Positions 8,283 to 15,626 of a stretch of 41,674 bases of DNA are shown piece by piece (positions within the stretch are counted from its first letter, which is position 1; every line of letters starts with the position of its first letter). A program made the translations under genes and the position numbers. The notes beneath the pieces are model-generated. The model had not been told where the DNA came from and made no database searches. It saw only the letters and a list, made by a program, of their open reading frames with translations. The stretch is from Alphaproteobacteria bacterium (lineage in GTDB: Bacteria > Pseudomonadota > Alphaproteobacteria > UBA7887). Location: contig DASWHU010000240.1 of NCBI GenBank assembly GCA_036398035.1, positions 1 to 41,674 of the forward strand. Direction: 5' to 3'.

Positions 8283-9482
8283 ATGAACAAAGCGACCACT
8301 GCGACCCGAACCCCTGGCCTCGGGGTCGACGAGGCTGAACGGGCCGAGCTCCACCGCTACATCCGCCACATCGACCGCGCGCTCAACCGGCTGTGGAACC
8401 TGGGGCGCAACCTGGTGGTCGGCTGGCACCCGGCCGAGGCCGGCCTCAGGGTCCTGGTCATCCCGCATCACATGCTGCGCGAGCTCGCCGAGCAGGACGG
8501 CGACCTGCTGTGCGACGGCCATCGCGTGACCCATGCGCGCCTCGACGCGCTCGGCCGCCAGCTCGGCATCGAGCCGATCCAGGTGCGCCTTCCGAACCGC
8601 CCCGGGCGGCCCGGCATCGCCCACAAGGCGATCGAATCGGTGGTGCGCCGCTACAGCGTCACCAAGTCGAACCACCGCGCCGCGATCCTGCTCGACATCG
8701 TCGGCTTCTCGCTCTACTCGCCGCTCGAGCAGGTCACCCTGCTCAACAGCCTCGCGTTTTCGATCAACGTCGCCCAGAGCCGCGCGCTCGCCAACAAGCT
8801 GCGCATCGACGTGAGCCGCAGCACCACCGGCGACGGCTTCTATGTCTGGAATCGCGACGAGGGCCTCGAGGCCGACGTCAACCTGTTCTACCTGATGATG
8901 CTGGTGCTGGCCGACAACGCGCTCGCGCGGCACAAGGGCGCGCCCAGCGCAGTGCCGGTGCTGCGCTCGTGCTTCCATCTCGGCAGCCACTACGAGTACT
9001 ACCCGGCCGACGGGCTCAACCCGTCGGTCACCGGCTTCATCGTCGGTGATCTCACCATCGAGCTCGCGCGCATGGTCGGCAAGGCGTTGCCCGGGCAGGT
9101 GCTGATCGGCCAGTTCACGCGCCCGAAAGCCGGCGTGGGCGGACACGCGGGGGCCCTGTCGACGCTGGCTTTCGTCAGTCGCGCCCAAGACCGCCTCGAC
9201 CAGCTGCACGCACTCGAGCTTTCCGGCCAGCGCATCACGGCGATCAAGTGTTACCTTACCGGCAAGCGCATCGGCGGCGGTGTGTACAGCATCACCAAAT
9301 ACGCCCTCAGCGACAAGCACGGCCGGCAAAGGAACGTGTTCAACGCCAAGGTGAACATCTATCGAGGCGATGCCGACGTGCTCTATTTGGGCCTGGAGAA
9401 CAAGGACCTGGAACGTTTCGATGCCGAAGCTGCCGAGCCGCGCACGCGCGCCAGACCCGGTGTCCGGGCGAGCGTCGACTAG
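8283..9482 (+). CDS. divergent class III nucleotidyl cyclase (cyclase homology domain)-like protein with unassigned N- and C-terminal regions
   Basis: The ATG is at 8283; an alternative GTG lies at 8223. By-eye CHD landmarks are AAILLDIVGFS (first metal Asp, codon 8694..8696), TTGDGFYVW (second metal Asp, codon 8832..8834) and LRSCFHLGSH...VGDLTIELARMVGKALPGQVLIG, which corresponds to the RiGihtG...GdtVNlAaRle..a.pgqIlvs block. Confidence 0.55.
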   Translation: MNKATTATRTPGLGVDEAERAELHRYIRHIDRALNRLWNLGRNLVVGWHPAEAGLRVLVIPHHMLRELAEQDGDLLCDGHRVTHARLDALGRQLGIEPIQVRLPNRPGRPGIAHKAIESVVRRYSVTKSNHRAAILLDIVGFSLYSPLEQVTLLNSLAFSINVAQSRALANKLRIDVSRSTTGDGFYVWNRDEGLEADVNLFYLMMLVLADNALARHKGAPSAVPVLRSCFHLGSHYEYYPADGLNPSVTGFIVGDLTIELARMVGKALPGQVLIGQFTRPKAGVGGHAGALSTLAFVSRAQDRLDQLHALELSGQRITAIKCYLTGKRIGGGVYSITKYALSDKHGRQRNVFNAKVNIYRGDADVLYLGLENKDLERFDAEAAEPRTRARPGVRASVD

Positions 9483-9503
9483 GCCGCGCGGGCGCGGCGC
9501 CGC

Positions 9504-11093
9504 GTGACCACGCTCGCCGCGGCCGAGACCGCCTGCCGCGCAGCGCTGGCGGCGGACCCGAACGACGCCGATGCGCTCGACCAGCTCGCCCGCATCCAGC
9601 TGGAGCGCGCGCCCGAGCAGGCATTATCGCACTTGCTGCACGCGCATGCGGCGCGCGTCGGCGGTCGTCACGCCGAGGCGGTGCGGGCCGCACGCGAGGC
9701 GCTGCGGCGCGCGCCCGCGGACGTCGAAGCGCTCAACCTGCTCGGGCTCAGCCTGCGCGACCTCGGCGATCTCGACCAGGCGGTCGCGGTCTGGCAGCGC
9801 GCCGTCCGCACCGATCCCGCGCTCGCCGACCTGTGGCTCAACCTGGGCAAGGCGCTGTGCGAGGCCGGACGGGCGGAGGACGCCTTGGCGCCTCTCGCCG
9901 AGGCGCTGAGCCGGCGGCCCGACCATGGCGACAGCCTGCTCACGCTGGGCAACGCGCTGATCGCGCTCGAGCGCGCGCCCGAGGCGGCGGCGGCGTTCGA
10001 GTGCGGCCTCGCCGGCGATCCGCGCTCGGCCCGGCTGCACGCCAACCTCGCCCTCGCTCGCCGCCAATGCGGCGACCTCGACGGTGCCGAGCATCACCTG
10101 CGCCAGGCCGTCGCGCTCGCCCCGGCGCTGGCCGAGGCGCACAAGAACCTGGCCATGCTCGACCTGCTGCGCGGGCGCTTCGCCGACGGCTTCGACCGCT
10201 TCGCCTGGCGCTGGCGCGAGCAGCGCGCGTTCAACCGCCCGCGCCCGCTGCCGCAGCCGCCCTGGGACGGCAGCGCCCTTGGCGGGCGGACCATCCTGGT
10301 GTGGGGCGAGCAGGGCGTCGGCGACGAGATCATGTTCGCCTCGGCTTACCCCGAGGTGATCGCGGCGGCGGCGCGCTGCGTGGTCGAGTGCGAGGCGCGC
10401 CTGGTGCCGCTGTTCCAGCGTTCCTTTACCGGCGCACGCATCGTCGCCCGCACCGAGCCGCCGGCCGCGGAGCTCGCCGACCCCGCGATCGACCTGCAAT
10501 GCGCCGCAGGCGATCTGTGCCGCTGGCTCAGGCGGTCGCGCGAGGACTTTCCGGTGCCCGCGCCTTACCTGCTTGCCGACCCTGGGCGAATCGCGGCGGC
10601 GGTGGCACGCGTGCGGGCCCTCGGCGACGGCCCCAAGGTCGGGCTCGCCTGGCGCAGCCGCACGCCGGTGTGGGGCGCGGCGAAAAGTGCCCCGCTCGCG
10701 CTTTGGGATCCGATCCTGTCGGTGCCGGGGCCGGTGTGGATCGACCTGCAATATGGCGATTGCGCCGACGAGCGCGCGGCGGCCCGCGCCCGCCTCGGCG
10801 TGACAGTCCATCACGACCCCTCGGTCGACCAGATGGCGAGCCTCGACGACTTCGCCGCCCAGGTCGCCGCCCTCGACCTGGTGATCACCACCTCCAACAC
10901 CACCGCCCACATGGCCGGCGCGCTGGGGGTAGAGACCTGGCTGCTGCTGCCCCACATGCCCGACTGGCGCTGGCAGGCGACGGGCGAGGACTCGCTCTGG
11001 TATCCGCGCACGCGCCTGTTCCGCCAGCCCTCGCCCGGCGACTGGCGAACCCCGATCGAGTCGGTGGCGGCGGCGCTCAGGGGCCGGCTTTGA
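9504..11093 (+). CDS. TPR-repeat protein with a C-terminal glycosyltransferase family 9-like domain
   Basis: 529 aa with a GTG start. The N-terminal half has repeated TPR-like A..AL...P....AL..LG helices. The C-terminal half has ILVWGEQGVGDEIMFA and LVITTSNTTAHMAGALGVETWLLLP, which resemble the heptosyltransferase fold. Confidence 0.7.
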   Translation: MTTLAAAETACRAALAADPNDADALDQLARIQLERAPEQALSHLLHAHAARVGGRHAEAVRAAREALRRAPADVEALNLLGLSLRDLGDLDQAVAVWQRAVRTDPALADLWLNLGKALCEAGRAEDALAPLAEALSRRPDHGDSLLTLGNALIALERAPEAAAAFECGLAGDPRSARLHANLALARRQCGDLDGAEHHLRQAVALAPALAEAHKNLAMLDLLRGRFADGFDRFAWRWREQRAFNRPRPLPQPPWDGSALGGRTILVWGEQGVGDEIMFASAYPEVIAAAARCVVECEARLVPLFQRSFTGARIVARTEPPAAELADPAIDLQCAAGDLCRWLRRSREDFPVPAPYLLADPGRIAAAVARVRALGDGPKVGLAWRSRTPVWGAAKSAPLALWDPILSVPGPVWIDLQYGDCADERAAARARLGVTVHHDPSVDQMASLDDFAAQVAALDLVITTSNTTAHMAGALGVETWLLLPHMPDWRWQATGEDSLWYPRTRLFRQPSPGDWRTPIESVAAALRGRL

Positions 11094-11145
11094 CCTCGAT
11101 CAAGGACAGCGCCCCGCCGCCGGCGTGATCTGGCGGGCGACCGCC

Positions 11146-12474
11146 ATGACCGACCTGGTCGCAAAATACGGGCTGGCGCGGGTGCCGCGCTACACCAGCT
11201 ATCCGACCGCGCCCCACTTCGATTCGCGGATCGGGCCGGCCGCGCACCACGACTGGCTCGGCGCGCTCGACGCCGGCACGCGCGTGTCGCTCTACCTGCA
11301 TGTGCCATTTTGCGCGCGCCTGTGCTGGTACTGCGGCTGCCACACCACCATCACCCGCGATCCCGAGCGGGTTCACCGCTACGCCGACCTGCTCGCGCGC
11401 GAGCTCGACCTGGTGCGCGCGGCCCTTCCCGCCCGGCTCGCGGCCGGCCACGTCCATTGGGGCGGCGGCACGCCGACCATGCTCGGCGCCGGCGGCTTCA
11501 CCCGGATCGCCGCGCTGGTACGCGACCGCTTCGCGCTCACTGCCGACGCGGAGATAGCGATCGAGATCGACCCGCGCAGCCTCGACGCCGAGACCGCGCG
11601 CGCGCTTGCCGGCGCCGGCGTCACGCGCGCGAGCCTCGGCGTGCAGGACTTCACCTCCCGCGTCCAGCAGGCCGTCAACCGGGTGCAGCCGTTCGAGCAG
11701 GTGGCGCGGGCGGCAGCGTGCCTGCGCGCGCACGGCATCCGTGCGCTCAACTTCGACCTCATGTACGGCCTGCCGCACCAGACCGCCGCCGACGTCGGCC
11801 GCAGCGTCGACCTCGCCGTGCGCCTGGCCCCGGACCGTGTCGCGGTGTTCGGTTATGCGCATGTGCCCTGGCTCAAGCGCCATCAGCGGCTGCTCGATGA
11901 GGCGGCGCTGCCCGGTGCCGCCGCACGCCGCGTCCAGGCCGAGACCGCGGCAGCGCGCCTCATTGCCCACGGCTATGTCGCGATCGGGCTGGACCATTTC
12001 GCCCGCCCCGGCGACGCGCTTGCCAGGGCGGCGGCCGAAGGCCGGCTCCGGCGCAACTTCCAGGGCTACACCACCGACGACGCTCCGGCGCTGATCGGGC
12101 TCGGGGCGTCGGCAATCTCGACCCTGCCCCAGGGCTATGCGCAGAACGCGGGCGACCTGCGGCAATATCGCGGGCGGATTGCCGCCGGCCGGTTGGCGAC
12201 GGCGCGCGGGGTCGCGCTCGACGACGACGACCGGATCAGGCGGCGGATCATCGCCCGGCTGATGTGCGGCTTCGAGGCCGACCTCGGACCCGCCGACGGC
12301 GCGCTGGAGGTCGATCGCGGAACGCTCGCCGAGATGGCGCGCGACGGTCTGGTGGTCGGCGACGGCTCGCGGCTGCGCGTAACCGAGGCCGGCCGGCCGT
12401 ATGTGCGCACGGTCGCCGCGTGCTTCGACCGTTATCTGTCGTCGCGCGCAGGGCGCCACGCACAGGCCGTCTAG
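11146..12474 (+). CDS. hemN: oxygen-independent coproporphyrinogen III oxidase (radical SAM)
   Basis: Recognised from VPRYTSYPTAPHF, the radical-SAM box LYLHVPFCARLCWYCGC, and the overall length. I placed the start at the ATG giving MTDLVAKYG. Confidence 0.9.
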   Translation: MTDLVAKYGLARVPRYTSYPTAPHFDSRIGPAAHHDWLGALDAGTRVSLYLHVPFCARLCWYCGCHTTITRDPERVHRYADLLARELDLVRAALPARLAAGHVHWGGGTPTMLGAGGFTRIAALVRDRFALTADAEIAIEIDPRSLDAETARALAGAGVTRASLGVQDFTSRVQQAVNRVQPFEQVARAAACLRAHGIRALNFDLMYGLPHQTAADVGRSVDLAVRLAPDRVAVFGYAHVPWLKRHQRLLDEAALPGAAARRVQAETAAARLIAHGYVAIGLDHFARPGDALARAAAEGRLRRNFQGYTTDDAPALIGLGASAISTLPQGYAQNAGDLRQYRGRIAAGRLATARGVALDDDDRIRRRIIARLMCGFEADLGPADGALEVDRGTLAEMARDGLVVGDGSRLRVTEAGRPYVRTVAACFDRYLSSRAGRHAQAV

Positions 12475-12560
12475 CAGGTCGCGGCCGAAAACCGAAATTG
12501 GCTGCCGAGAAACTGTCTATACGATCGAATTAAATTAAAATCTCAACCGGCACGAAGCGC

Positions 12561-13013
12561 CTACGGCGTCCCGGTGACGGTCGCGATCAGCGGTGCCGAC
12601 TTCATCTCCAGGTGCCCCTCCTGGTAAACGCTGTAGCGGAACACGCCGTTGATCACGTGCGTGCCCGGGTAGGTCGGCGTGACCGCGACCGAGAACACGA
12701 CCTTGCCGTCGTCCATCTTGCCGGCAACGACCTCGTCCTCGAACGCGACGCCGCCGTCGGTCGATAGCTTGATGATCCGGTGGCGATAGACGTCGGTCAG
12801 CCCAAAACCCTCGCGCGGGGTCAACGTCGCCCGCACCGCCGTCGTCTCGCCCACCTTGGCGGTCGCGTTCTCGACCGTGATCGCGACCGGATCCTCGAAC
12901 GCCTGCGCGGCGGCGGCCGTTGTGCCGGCAAGCCCGGCGGCGACCGCGGCGAGCGCGGCCAAGGCGACGCGCCGCCCGCGGCGCACGAACCCTCCGACCG
13001 TGCCACTGCCCAT
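12561..13013 (-). CDS. small periplasmic beta-rich hypothetical protein (last gene of the PQQ-DH/Rieske operon)
   Basis: I trimmed the ORF to the ATG at 13013, which is preceded by GGGAGAG. The signal peptide is ...LAALAAVAAGLAGTTAAAAQA. The mature part has an alternating beta-strand pattern. Confidence 0.6.
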   Translation of the reverse strand: MGSGTVGGFVRRGRRVALAALAAVAAGLAGTTAAAAQAFEDPVAITVENATAKVGETTAVRATLTPREGFGLTDVYRHRIIKLSTDGGVAFEDEVVAGKMDDGKVVFSVAVTPTYPGTHVINGVFRYSVYQEGHLEMKSAPLIATVTGTP

Positions 13014-13180
13014 ATCTCGCTCTCCCATCGTCGCCGAGGATCGCCCGCGCCGCTTATCAAGAAGATCGGGCCAGCCGCGCAACTGGCGGCTGGCCCGGAA
13101 ACGGACTTTGGTCCGCGACTTTGCCGCTCAGCGGGCCGGCCACCGAACCGGCAGCCGGCCCACACAGGGGTCTTCGTCCC

Positions 13181-14896
13181 TTACTCGCCGAGCGCGAACG
13201 CCCAGATGACGCCGCCTTGCGGCACCACGGTGTCGGTGCCGAGCAGGTTGTTCATCAGGCCCTGCTGGAACGCCGGGTCGACGCCCCAGCCGGACGCCAC
13301 GGCGACGTACTGGACGCCGTCAACCTCGTAGGAGGCCGGCGGCGCCATGATGCCCGAGTTGGTGCGGAAGCCCCACAGCGCCTCGCCGGTCCTGGCGTCG
13401 TACGCCCGGAAGTACCGGTCGTTGGTGCCGCCGTTGAACACCAGGCCACCGCCGGTGGTGAGCAACGAGCCCCAGTTCATCATGCCGGGGTACAGCTGGC
13501 TCCAGACCTGCTCGCCAGTGTTGAGGTTCCACGCCTGGATCTCGCCGAAGTGCCGGGCACTCTTCTCGACCACGAAGCCGATGTCCGGAATGTCGACACC
13601 GGTCCACCACTGGCCGGCCACGTATTCCTGGACCTTGCCTTCCAGGAAGCCGCAATGGTTCTCGTTGGCGGGGATGTAGAGCAGGCCGGTCTTCGGGTTG
13701 TAGGCCTCGAACGGCCAGTCCTTGCCGCCCCACAGGCTGGGGCAGAAGCCGGCGTACTTGCCGGTGCCGGGCTTGCGGTCATCGTTGTAGGTCGGCCGCC
13801 CGGTGCTCGGGTCGATGCTCTTGAACACGTCCTGCTTGACGTAGGCCTTGGCGTCGACGAAGCCGATGCCGTTGGCCTTGCGCTCGAGCCAGTACAGGTA
13901 GCCGTTGCGGGCCGGCTTGATCAGGCCCTTCACCATTTTCCCGCCGTGCTCGAAATTGACCACCGTCGGCGCGTTCATCTCGTCCCAGTCCCACGAGTCG
14001 TTCCAGTGGTACTGGAAGTGACCCTTGATCGAGCCGTCCTTCGGATCGATCGCGATGGTCGACGAGGTGTAGAGGTTGTCACCCTCGCGCTGATCGCCGA
14101 ACCACGGCGAGCCGTTGCCGGCGCCCCAAAAGGTGAGGCCGAGCTCGGGATCGTAGGTGCCGGTGTTCCATACCGCACCGCCGCCGCGCTTCCACGTATC
14201 GCCTGGCCAGGTGTCGTTGCCGGGCTCGCCCGGGCCGGGAATGGTGAAGGTCTTCCAGGCCGGCTTGCCGGTCTCGGCGTCGAGCGCCTGGACGAAGCCG
14301 CGGACGCCGAACTCGCCGCCCGAGACCCCGACCATGACCTTGCCGTCGACGATCAGCGGCGCCATGGTCTGGTAGTAGCCAGTGTGGTAGTCCTCGACCA
14401 CCGTCTCCCAGACCACCTTGCCTGTCTTGGCGTCGAGCGCGAGCGTGGTGGGCTCGAGGCCGGTGAGGTAGACGTTGTTGCCGTAAAGCGCGACGCCACG
14501 GCTGGTGTTGTGCAATGCGCCGAAGTCGTCCGGCAGCTCGCGCCGATAGCGCCAGATCAGATCGCCGGTCGCCGCCTTGAGGGCGATGACCTGGGCATAG
14601 GGCGTGGCAACGAACATGACGCCGTCATTGACGATCGGCGGCGCCTCGTGGCCCGAGTCGACCCCGGTCGAGAACGACCATACCGGCTTCAGGCTGCCGG
14701 CATTTGCGGTGTTGATCTGATCCAGCGGACTGTACATCCAGCCCCAGTAATTGCCGCGCGTCATCAGCCAGTTCCCGGCTTCGGGATTGGTCAGTCTCTG
14801 GCTGGTGACGGTGCTGTAGTCGGACAGCATGCCTGCGGCCGCGACCGCAGGCATCAGGCCGACACCGAGCAGCGCAGCGTATTTAGCTACTTTCAT
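13181..14896 (-). CDS. PQQ-dependent dehydrogenase, methanol/ethanol family (no vicinal Cys-Cys; D-W-D motif)
   Basis: I trimmed the ORF to MKVAKYA, which is preceded by AGGGAGGA. It has a signal peptide. Propeller landmarks are GVSGGEFGVRGF, GGGAVWNTGTYDPELGL.FWGAGNGSPW and WDWDEMN. LHNTSRG sits where the family normally has CCDxxNRG. Confidence 0.85.
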   Translation of the reverse strand: MKVAKYAALLGVGLMPAVAAAGMLSDYSTVTSQRLTNPEAGNWLMTRGNYWGWMYSPLDQINTANAGSLKPVWSFSTGVDSGHEAPPIVNDGVMFVATPYAQVIALKAATGDLIWRYRRELPDDFGALHNTSRGVALYGNNVYLTGLEPTTLALDAKTGKVVWETVVEDYHTGYYQTMAPLIVDGKVMVGVSGGEFGVRGFVQALDAETGKPAWKTFTIPGPGEPGNDTWPGDTWKRGGGAVWNTGTYDPELGLTFWGAGNGSPWFGDQREGDNLYTSSTIAIDPKDGSIKGHFQYHWNDSWDWDEMNAPTVVNFEHGGKMVKGLIKPARNGYLYWLERKANGIGFVDAKAYVKQDVFKSIDPSTGRPTYNDDRKPGTGKYAGFCPSLWGGKDWPFEAYNPKTGLLYIPANENHCGFLEGKVQEYVAGQWWTGVDIPDIGFVVEKSARHFGEIQAWNLNTGEQVWSQLYPGMMNWGSLLTTGGGLVFNGGTNDRYFRAYDARTGEALWGFRTNSGIMAPPASYEVDGVQYVAVASGWGVDPAFQQGLMNNLLGTDTVVPQGGVIWAFALGE

Positions 14897-14962
14897 TGCG
14901 GATCCTCCCTCTGTCGTACGAAGCGAGCGCGGCACGAAGCGTGGACGAAGCCCAACTCCACC

Positions 14963-15541
14963 TCATGCCGGCTTCTTGAAGCCGACGGCACCTTCGAACT
15001 CGCCGGCGGCGACGATGACGCCATCCTCCACCTTTACCGGCAGGATGGCCAGTCGTCGCGGCGCTGGCCCGGCGACGACCTCGGCCATGTCGCCCGGATT
15101 GTACTCACTGCCATGGCAGGAGCAATAGAGAGTGTCGTTCTCGGGTTGCCACATCGACACCGGGCAACCCTGATGCGTGCATACCGCCGAGTAGACGACG
15201 ACACCCTCGGCCGCAAACCGGCGGGTCCGGTCGGTGATCGCCGCGTCGGCCAGCCGGATCAGGGCGACCTGGTTGAGCCGCGAGCCCTTGCGCACCGTCC
15301 CGGTGGCGGGATCGATCGGGTAGGCAATTTCCTGGGGGCCGCCGAGCGGCAGGTCGTCGACCTTGATGACCTCGCCCTTCTTGTCGCCCTTCAGGAACAC
15401 GAACCGGTCGCCGGGCTGGGGACGCATTTTCTCAGGGTTGTCGGCGGCGCGCACCGCGGCGAGTTTCAGGAACGGTAGCGCGGCACCCAAGCCAAGACCC
15501 GACCTGAGCAACGCCCGTCGTGCTTTTCCAAACGCTTGCAA
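14963..15541 (-). CDS. Tat-exported Rieske [2Fe-2S] protein
   Basis: 192 aa. The TTG start is preceded by GGAGA. The twin-arginine signal is KARRALLRSGLGLGAAL. The Rieske boxes are CTHQGC and CSCHGS, the disulfide-containing bc1/AioB type. Confidence 0.85.
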   Translation of the reverse strand: MQAFGKARRALLRSGLGLGAALPFLKLAAVRAADNPEKMRPQPGDRFVFLKGDKKGEVIKVDDLPLGGPQEIAYPIDPATGTVRKGSRLNQVALIRLADAAITDRTRRFAAEGVVVYSAVCTHQGCPVSMWQPENDTLYCSCHGSEYNPGDMAEVVAGPAPRRLAILPVKVEDGVIVAAGEFEGAVGFKKPA

Positions 15542-15626
15542 GGGGTTATCTCCAGTCCAGCCGTCGGTCCTCTCGCCCCCCGATAGATAACATCTCGGTG
15601 CCGCCGTTGCCAGGGGCGGGCGGCGT

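Noticed and set aside
8283-11093. Reading the cyclase-like gene plus the downstream TPR/GT9 gene as a complete Pycsar- or CBASS-like defence operon.
   Set aside because: The downstream protein has no TIR, nuclease, pore-forming or cNMP-binding features that I can see. TPR/GT9-like proteins are common housekeeping paralogs in such genomes. I kept only the cyclase-like protein itself as a finding.
9248-11128. A 626-aa plus-strand ORF overlapping the TPR/GT9 gene in another frame, and the ORF at 8211..9329 antisense to the cyclase-like gene.
   Set aside because: Both have extreme Arg/Pro/Ala/Gly content. The alternative frames carry recognisable TPR/GT9 and cyclase-like motifs.
12920-15478. An 852-aa plus-strand ORF, and the similar 627-aa ORF at 15681..17564.
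   Set aside because: Both are antisense to the PQQ dehydrogenase and Rieske genes, which have signal peptides, Shine-Dalgarno sites and family motifs. The composition is low-complexity, rich in Arg, Ala, Gly and Val.
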